Shown here: positions 57,688 through 64,000 of the stretch, piece after piece
How the letters are laid out: every line of letters starts with the position of its first letter
Position numbering within the stretch: position 1 is the stretch's first letter
Source: Thermoplasmatota archaeon
GTDB lineage: Archaea > Thermoplasmatota > Thermoplasmata > UBA10834
Direction: 5' to 3'
Assembly: GCA_018814355.1 (NCBI GenBank)
Contig: JAHIZT010000037.1
Coordinates: 5,989 to 69,988 of the forward strand
Length of the DNA: 64,000 bases
Translations under genes and position numbers: made by a program
The notes under the pieces: model-generated
Database searches by the model: none
The model's input: only the letters and a program-made list of their open reading frames with translations
Told to the model about the DNA's origin: nothing

Positions 57688-58614
57688 ATGAGGTGCGAGC
57701 GAGCGATAGTATCTTCTCCTGCAACCATCGCGAATTTTGGCCCAGGCTTTGACTCGTTCGGGCTCTGTCTGGGTTCGCCGAGGGACAGGATATCCATCAG
57801 AAGGTTGCCACGGGGTAGATACGAGGTAAGGGTCGTCGGCAAACACAAGGTCCCGACCGACCCATCGGAGAACACAGCTTCGTATGCCGCAATCAAGTTG
57901 GCCGGGCTGTGCGGCTGTGAGGATACCGGATTCTCCATGACTGTCAGGAAGGGCATGAAACCTGGAAGTGGTCTTGGGAGCAGCGCAGCCTCGTCAGCAG
58001 GCGGTGCCGTCGCGATGGCAACGATTCTGGGGTTGCGGAACAAGGAGATGATCCTCGAGGCAGCGGCTATGGGTGAGGAGCTTGTGGCTGGGTCGCGGCA
58101 CTTCGATAACGTATCCGCAGCGATTTACGGAGGATTCACGGTCGTCTCTGATCTGAAGACCAGGACTGTCCTTCAGATACGGCCTCCAAAATTCCAGATC
58201 GTCGTCGCACTTCCAGAGATATCGGTCGAGACGAGGAACGCTCGGGAGATCCTCCCTAATTCGGTCTCAATCGCTGATGCAGTGTGCAATGTCGGATGGG
58301 CGTCTGGAATGCTGCACGCCATGATGAAGCGAAACGTGCGCATGATCGGATCCTATCTTGATGACAAGCTAGCGCTGCCGTACAGAATTGCACTCATACC
58401 AGGTTACCAGGCGGTCCGCCTCGCGGCCTTGAGCGCAGGGGCATATGGCGTCTCAGTTGGCGGATCAGGCCCAGCTGTCTTCGCCATCACACAAGGCAAT
58501 GCCGTACGGATCAAGAATGCCATGGTGGATGCGTTCCGGAGCTCCTCAAACCTCAAGGCGAGTTCGTTCATCACTGTGCCTGGGACGGGAGCAAAGGTAG
58601 AGGATTCGAGCTGA
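57688..58614 (+). CDS. thrB: Homoserine kinase
   Basis: PATIANFGPGFD, GSGLGSSAAS, HFDNV and GGSGP (GHMP kinase). Confidence 0.93.
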   Translation: MRCERAIVSSPATIANFGPGFDSFGLCLGSPRDRISIRRLPRGRYEVRVVGKHKVPTDPSENTASYAAIKLAGLCGCEDTGFSMTVRKGMKPGSGLGSSAASSAGGAVAMATILGLRNKEMILEAAAMGEELVAGSRHFDNVSAAIYGGFTVVSDLKTRTVLQIRPPKFQIVVALPEISVETRNAREILPNSVSIADAVCNVGWASGMLHAMMKRNVRMIGSYLDDKLALPYRIALIPGYQAVRLAALSAGAYGVSVGGSGPAVFAITQGNAVRIKNAMVDAFRSSSNLKASSFITVPGTGAKVEDSS

Positions 58615-58625
58615 TCCAGCATCCT

Positions 58626-59573
58626 CTAGAAGACGATTCGCTCCCCAGGTACCCTGGGGAACAACGTGACGTCCCTTATGTGCTTCTGACCTGTCAGGAA
58701 TCGAACCATCCTCTCGATCCCGAGGCCGCCACCGACCGTTCGCGGAATCAGGCCCTGGCTAGAGACCGTCAGGTATGTATCGAAGGCCCTGAGATCCGTC
58801 TTTCTCTCTTTCATCTTGCGGAGTATCTCTTGATGCTCCCACTCCCTCTCACCGCCGGAGAGGGCCTCGCCATAACCTTCGGGCCAGAAGACATCGTAGT
58901 TGTGGTAGTAGCCTCTCTTCTCTTTGTCCTCTCGGTCGTAGAACTCCCTTCTGAAGTTCATTATCCAGAACGGGTCCTTTGCCTGTTCGGAGGCTATCCT
59001 CTCGAAATGCTCGCCATGCAGTCTGATCAGGTCCTCTGATTCGTAGACTTTCAGTGGGAGCCTCGGCACGATGAGTTCCCTATCGAGTGCTCTCAGGTCG
59101 TCAGAACACTCCCTCTTCACGAACTTGAATACGTCGACTATCATGCCATCGATGAATCGGATGAAATCCTTCTTCGTCTTGTCCTTCAACTCTATGTCCA
59201 CTTGAGTGAATTCGAAGAGATGCCTTCCGCTCTCCTTCAGCGCGCCCTCTTCAAGCCTGACATTCGGCGACATGAAGTAGATCTTGTCTATGCCGTCGTT
59301 GAGGAGCGAGAGTTGCTTGTGAAGGATCATACTCTTCGTCAAGTGCAACTTCTGTCCATAGTACTCCACTGTCGCCGCGAAGTGTGGATGGTTCAGAGGA
59401 TCTGTCTCAGGCGAAAGGATAATGGGCATCGCCTGAACCACCCCGCGCTTGTACATGTAGTCGTGAATGGCTTTCAGCGCTGCCGACTGCACGCTCAATA
59501 TATGTTTGCGCTTCTCCCCTCTTATGTGCGACACCGCTTCCTTCATGCTAATCCTTGACGGAAGGACGGACAT
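58626..59573 (-). CDS. asnA: Archaeal asparagine synthetase A (AsnRS-like, lacking the anticodon domain)
   Basis: TDPL, LTKSMILHKQ, SPNVRLE, GRHLFEFTQVDIE, EALSGGEREW and GGGLGIER. Confidence 0.88.
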   Translation of the reverse strand: MSVLPSRISMKEAVSHIRGEKRKHILSVQSAALKAIHDYMYKRGVVQAMPIILSPETDPLNHPHFAATVEYYGQKLHLTKSMILHKQLSLLNDGIDKIYFMSPNVRLEEGALKESGRHLFEFTQVDIELKDKTKKDFIRFIDGMIVDVFKFVKRECSDDLRALDRELIVPRLPLKVYESEDLIRLHGEHFERIASEQAKDPFWIMNFRREFYDREDKEKRGYYHNYDVFWPEGYGEALSGGEREWEHQEILRKMKERKTDLRAFDTYLTVSSQGLIPRTVGGGLGIERMVRFLTGQKHIRDVTLFPRVPGERIVF

Positions 59574-59667
59574 CCCAGCAAGGTATATCACCATTTCGCC
59601 AACATATCCGACTATTGTCCGATATTCAGGCAATATTCATATATACAGTCCGTCATTATGACGAAAC

Positions 59668-60105
59668 ATGTTGGACGAAAAGGATTCGTCTATCCTCGAA
59701 GAACTGATGATGGACTCTCGAAAGACGACAAAAGCCATCGCAAGAGAGCTTGGAATCCCGAGAGCCACAGTGCACGACCGCATCGTGAAGATGGAGCAAA
59801 AACACATCATCAAGAAATACACGGCAGTGCCAGACTACTCCCAGCTTGGTCTTGGGGTCATAGCTTTCATACTCGTCCAGTTCGAGTCCGAGAAGGGGCT
59901 TTCTCAGCGCGACACCGCCGATGACATCGCCTCGATATCAGGGATATTCGAGGTCCACATGATCTCCGGCGAATACGACATGTTGCTCAAGGTCCGCGGC
60001 TCGAGCATGGAGGAGATCGGCAAGCTCGTGATAGACCGCCTCCGCGAGGTGAAAGGCGTAGCCAGGACTCTGACATGCGCTTGCTTCACGACCGTGAAGG
60101 AATGA
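59668..60105 (+). CDS. Lrp/AsnC family transcriptional regulator
   Basis: LDEKDSSIL...IARELGIPRATVHDRI HTH; ISGEYDMLLKV RAM domain; divergent from asnA. Confidence 0.93.
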   Translation: MLDEKDSSILEELMMDSRKTTKAIARELGIPRATVHDRIVKMEQKHIIKKYTAVPDYSQLGLGVIAFILVQFESEKGLSQRDTADDIASISGIFEVHMISGEYDMLLKVRGSSMEEIGKLVIDRLREVKGVARTLTCACFTTVKE

Positions 60106-60115
60106 GGACTGACCG

Positions 60116-61558
60116 TCACTTCATCCGTTTCCGAACCAGCCTCTGAGCGGTCTCCGCGACCTCGCCCCTGACGGGATCGACATTGTGCTCCTTGAAGATC
60201 CTCTTGACCTCTTCTCCGGCTCTTTGCATCAGAGTCTTCGAACCCTTGGCGACCCAGGTGTCGAAGGAGGATCTGTCTGAGACAATCGGGATGAAATGCT
60301 CCGTCCTGAAGTGTTCCATGGTGTGTCTCTGGCCGAGATAGTCCTTGGCGATGCCCACCTTGTTGATGACTTCGAGTGCGAGCGTGTCCTCGTTGACATC
60401 GATTCCGCGCGCCATCCTCTCGATTATCTTGGACATCTCGCTGTCGATCACCAGTTGCTCGAGCCAGAGCGTCCTGCAATCCTCTATCAGCCCAATGCCG
60501 GCTATCATGTCCGCGCCTGCGAGGATTGGCGTCACCGCGCTCGCGAACTTCTCGTATGCAGCTTGCTCGTCAGGTTCCTTGGCCGTCGTTACAAACCCAC
60601 CTACCAGCGAAGGGAATCCCATGCTGTGGGCCATTTGAGAATAGGCTGCAGATGTGAGGCCGTGCTCAGGCCCTCCTCCAGCGCGAGTCGAGGTCTTCAT
60701 GTCCAGGTTCGCCATTCCGCATGAGAACACGAATGCCGTCCCGGGGGTCTGGACCTGCATGATCGTGTTGCCGGCCAGCGCCTCCGCAACCCCGAGCGCC
60801 ACTGATCCCGCCAATGTTGCGGGGCCAGTCGACCCAGGGCCTGGCATTACGTAGAAACAGATCGGAATGCCTGCCTCCGCCATGAACAGACCGGCGTCCA
60901 GGCTCCCTCCCTCTATCTGGAGAGGCGAGAAGCTGGTGTGTATGGATGATATGATCGGTCTTCTCCTGAGTTCCTCGTGACTGCCGGCGGCCGCAGCTGC
61001 GAGCTCGAGGACGTCCTGAGATTCCCAGACCGATGTATTTGTTGCGATAGTGATATGTTTCTCGGTGTTCTCGAGCGATGCCTGGAGATCGTGAATGTGC
61101 CTCGTTCCCGTGGGAACGTCCTGTGAAGTCACGGACGGCCAGTTCACGCCGTGGCCAGCGAGTGCATCTGTGACGAAGGCGCTCTTGGCGACATCGGATT
61201 TCTTCGAGGGCCTCCTCTGCCTCGATTCGAAGTCAATCGCATCAGTGCCGTTCCCGTCGCTGCAGATGTGCACGTGCTCGAAGTCAAGCCTCGCATCGTG
61301 CTTCCTCGTCCTTCCGTAGAGCGTGACCGTCCTGTCGTTCTTCTTGGTGCACTCCAATACGAGTGACTGGGGAAACTTCACGACTGCGCTTTTCTTGTCA
61401 ATCTCGCAGCCCGCCTCGCGAAGCAACTCCTGCGCTTTTTCGCTTCGAACCGCAACCCCCGTCTGTTCGAGTATCTCCAGGGCTGCGTGCCGTATCTTCG
61501 CGACCCCGTTCTTGTCCAGCAATTCCCGCCTGCATCGGACGGGTATTGAGTTCGCCAT
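60116..61558 (-). CDS. MttB-superfamily methyltransferase (non-pyrrolysine)
   Basis: EILEQTGV, PGPGSTGPATLAGS, LDMKT...GGPE, AKEPDEQAAYE and HTMEHFRTE; no in-frame TAG. Confidence 0.9.
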   Translation of the reverse strand: MANSIPVRCRRELLDKNGVAKIRHAALEILEQTGVAVRSEKAQELLREAGCEIDKKSAVVKFPQSLVLECTKKNDRTVTLYGRTRKHDARLDFEHVHICSDGNGTDAIDFESRQRRPSKKSDVAKSAFVTDALAGHGVNWPSVTSQDVPTGTRHIHDLQASLENTEKHITIATNTSVWESQDVLELAAAAAGSHEELRRRPIISSIHTSFSPLQIEGGSLDAGLFMAEAGIPICFYVMPGPGSTGPATLAGSVALGVAEALAGNTIMQVQTPGTAFVFSCGMANLDMKTSTRAGGGPEHGLTSAAYSQMAHSMGFPSLVGGFVTTAKEPDEQAAYEKFASAVTPILAGADMIAGIGLIEDCRTLWLEQLVIDSEMSKIIERMARGIDVNEDTLALEVINKVGIAKDYLGQRHTMEHFRTEHFIPIVSDRSSFDTWVAKGSKTLMQRAGEEVKRIFKEHNVDPVRGEVAETAQRLVRKRMK

Positions 61559-61597
61559 TGCTTGCCCCCAATTCTTCTCTGACTCTCCCGTGTTACC

Positions 61598-61642
61598 GTA
61601 GTTGTGTCCGGAGAAATGGTGAAAGGTGTAGTTGTGACCGGA
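61598..61642. repeat. 15-bp direct repeat GTAGTTGTG(T/A)CCGGA with 30-bp period
   Basis: Copies at 61598-61612 and 61628-61642 in the spacer between the two mttB-like genes. Confidence 0.7.
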
Positions 61643-61672
61643 ACGCATCTCTGCGTCCGGCCAGCGAAATGT

Positions 61673-63142
61673 CTAGTGGGTCTTCGACTCCCCGCCCCAC
61701 ATCGGCTTCTTTGCCTTCTCGATGATGGCGTCCAGCTTCTTCTGGGCGTTGGCATCGAGCGGCGGAACCTTGTGGTTCGCGAGAATTTCCTTGACTTTCT
61801 CCCTTGCCCTGTCCCTCATGGACTTCGAGCCGGTCTGCGACCACGCATCGAACGAGCGCCTGTCGACGAGGTTCGGCATGAAGAACTCGGTCCTCATGTG
61901 AGTCAACGTGTGCCTCTGGGCCAGGAAGTTCTTGCCCGGACCCACCTTCTCGATGACGTCCAGTGCCATCGTCTCGTCGTCCGCCCATTCGCCCCTGATG
62001 AGCCTAGCGATCGCGCCGACGATCTCGTCGTCGATCACAATCTCCTCGTAGAAGAGGCAGCTCGAATCCTCTAGCAGGCCAACGCCGCACATCAAGTCAG
62101 CTCCAGCCAGCAATGGACCGACGCAACCAGTGTAGTACTCCATCACCGCCTGGTCTCCCGGCTCTTTAGCTGTCGCCGAAACGCCGACGCATGACGGCAT
62201 TCCATAGTGGTGCGCGAGCTCGGTCGCAATCGCAGATGAGATCGCGTGCTCTGGGCTCCCACCCGCTCTTATGGTTGTCCTCATGTCCAATGGTGCGTTG
62301 CCCATCCCGTAGATGACAGCCGCTCCTGGCGTGGACAGTTGGATCATTGTCAGTGCGCTGAGCACCTCAGCGTTGCCGACAACGAGCGAGCCGACCAAGG
62401 TCGCTGGTCCAGTTGCGCCAGGTTGCGGCATCCCAAAGAATACCAGTGGGACTCCGGCTTTGGCGAACTCTAGGCTCGCGTCCATGACGCCCGCATCATG
62501 CTGAAGAGGAGCATATGTGCACTGCAGGCATGAAGACAGCGGCCTTCTCCTGTATTCCTTCTCGCCGCCAGCGGCTGCGTACCCCATCTCCGTCAGGGTC
62601 CTCGCATCGGAGACCGTCACGCCCGTCTCGTACATGACGTGCTTCTCGGTGTTGTTGAGAGAAGCGTCGAAGTCGTGCAGGTGCACGGTGGACGGGTGTT
62701 GGTCAGTGGAGCTTACCATCGGCCAGTGGATATGCACGTTCTCGAGCGTATCGATGATCCTCGAGGAGTTCGCGACATCCTTCTTCATCGACGGCCTTCT
62801 CTTTCCGCTCTCGAAGTCCACCGTCACGGCGCCGTTACCGTTAGCGGTCATGTAGCTGTGGTTCATATCCAGCTTCGCATCGAACTTCGGGTTCCTGCCG
62901 GCAAGCGTTATGGATGCTTTCTTCTTCGCCAGCGCCTCCTCGACCAAATGCGATGGGATCCTAGCTATTCTCGTCTTCTCGTCGACTTCACAACCATTGT
63001 CTTTCAGTAGCTTCCTACAGGCGACGCTGTCAACCTGGACACCTACCTTCTCGAGTATATGGAGTGTGCCCCAGTGGATCCTGTTCAAATCGCCGTCGCC
63101 AAGGATTTGGAAGCGGACGCCCCGCTTAATGCCAAAGGCCAT
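61673..63142 (-). CDS. MttB-superfamily methyltransferase (non-pyrrolysine)
   Basis: HILEKVGV, PQPGATGPATLVGS, LDMRT...GSPE, AKEPGDQAVME and GPGKNFLAQRHT; no in-frame TAG. Confidence 0.9.
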   Translation of the reverse strand: MAFGIKRGVRFQILGDGDLNRIHWGTLHILEKVGVQVDSVACRKLLKDNGCEVDEKTRIARIPSHLVEEALAKKKASITLAGRNPKFDAKLDMNHSYMTANGNGAVTVDFESGKRRPSMKKDVANSSRIIDTLENVHIHWPMVSSTDQHPSTVHLHDFDASLNNTEKHVMYETGVTVSDARTLTEMGYAAAGGEKEYRRRPLSSCLQCTYAPLQHDAGVMDASLEFAKAGVPLVFFGMPQPGATGPATLVGSLVVGNAEVLSALTMIQLSTPGAAVIYGMGNAPLDMRTTIRAGGSPEHAISSAIATELAHHYGMPSCVGVSATAKEPGDQAVMEYYTGCVGPLLAGADLMCGVGLLEDSSCLFYEEIVIDDEIVGAIARLIRGEWADDETMALDVIEKVGPGKNFLAQRHTLTHMRTEFFMPNLVDRRSFDAWSQTGSKSMRDRAREKVKEILANHKVPPLDANAQKKLDAIIEKAKKPMWGGESKTH

Positions 63143-63148
63143 TGGTGC

Positions 63149-63781
63149 TCACCTGACCAGTTTCTTCGCCACATCAACTGCGCCAGATGCGTCGCCACTG
63201 TAGCCGTCAGCGCCGATCTCTTTTGCATACGTGTCTGTAACCGGTGCCCCGCCTACAAGGACCTTGACGGCCTTGCTCTTCTCCTTAAGTGGGGTTATGA
63301 TCTCTGCCATCCTTGGCATGGTCGTCGTCATGAGTGCGGACATGGCCACCATCTGCGGCTTCGCCTCGTCTGCCTTCTTCAGGAAGTCCGCGGCCTGGAC
63401 GTTGACTCCAAGGTCTAGGACCTCGAATCCATTCGCGGACAGCATCGTCGCAACTAGGTTCTTGCCGATCTCGTGGATGTCGTCCTGGACCGTTCCGATG
63501 AGTACCTTGCCAGCGCTTGCCCTGTGCTTTCCCGCTGGAACGGCAGGCTCGAGCACGGCCAATGCGGCCTTCATCGCTTCGGCGCCCATGACTAGCTCGG
63601 GTAGGTAAATCTCTCCCTTTCCGAACCTTTCACCGACAGTCTTGATACCTTCCGCCAATCCCTTCTCGATGGCGACGAGCGGATCAACGCCGTCCTTCAG
63701 TGATTGCTTTGCGAGGTCGGCGATTGTTTCCATCTCGTAGTTTATCACAGCATTCTTTAGCCGTGTTACTGCATCTTCCAT
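63149..63781 (-). CDS. Corrinoid (B12-binding) methyl-carrier protein, MttC/MtgC-like
   Basis: GEIYLPEL, GTVQDDIHEIGKNLV (DxHxxG), SALMTTT, VGGAP and IGADGY. Confidence 0.93.
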   Translation of the reverse strand: MEDAVTRLKNAVINYEMETIADLAKQSLKDGVDPLVAIEKGLAEGIKTVGERFGKGEIYLPELVMGAEAMKAALAVLEPAVPAGKHRASAGKVLIGTVQDDIHEIGKNLVATMLSANGFEVLDLGVNVQAADFLKKADEAKPQMVAMSALMTTTMPRMAEIITPLKEKSKAVKVLVGGAPVTDTYAKEIGADGYSGDASGAVDVAKKLVR

Positions 63782-64000
63782 TGGTTATACCCCCAGTAGC
63801 TTTCCTTCGGGATTTCGTCCCTCTGGATCTGTTTCGGAATCCAAAGTCGTCCATCCAAAGGATGGCCGCTCTGTCCCGCTTCAGATTGAAACGGCATATG
63901 CACCTTCCTAATTAAGGTTTCGTTCATATGATTATCTCCGCCCTCTAAGAATGTCCTCAAAGACTCAAACGGTCCTTGCTTGAATTCAATTGATGAAGAC

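Noticed and set aside
57510-57690. Possible Thr-rich leader for the thrC-hom-lysC-ilvD operon
   Set aside because: The short ORFs here are not Thr/Ile-rich, and a TATA-like box lies close to the thrC start, leaving no room for a leader peptide.
60116-63142. Pyrrolysine-containing trimethylamine methyltransferases as evidence of methanogenesis
   Set aside because: Both ORFs are fully open with no in-frame TAG, and no mcr or pyl genes are in the window.
1-64000. CRISPR arrays, IS elements, integrases and rRNA
   Set aside because: No regularly spaced repeats, transposase/integrase motifs or rRNA-like stretches were seen.

Overview
Archaeal chromosomal segment with moderately high GC. The gene content (Tes, geranylgeranyl reductase, archaeal ThrRS, L10e, Rpp21, Dph2, MtxX, DUF835, archaeal AsnA) points to an uncultured Thermoplasmatota lineage near the Methanomassiliicoccales; this placement is inference. 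No rRNA, convincing tRNA, CRISPR array or mobile element was seen. Main blocks, left to right: (1) GNAT and ABC-exporter genes; (2) an atypical hdrA plus an mvhD-hdrC/B fusion behind a long structured leader; (3) a ~11 kb membrane-lipid locus in which tetraether synthase-ferredoxin-GGR-GT-C converges on flippase/GT4/VTT/Dol-P-Man synthase-GtrA genes, with a divergent TrmB regulator and a perfect palindrome beside it; (4) a giant prepilin-signal/lamin-tail-domain protein; (5) translation and preQ0/archaeosine genes; (6) leu, thr, ilvD, pheA and asnA biosynthesis genes; (7) two pyrrolysine-free MttB-family methyltransferases with a corrinoid protein. The best candidates for undescribed biology are a regulated tetraether-glycolipid assembly locus and a Leu/Ile-rich leader ORF with attenuator-like architecture upstream of the archaeal leu operon.
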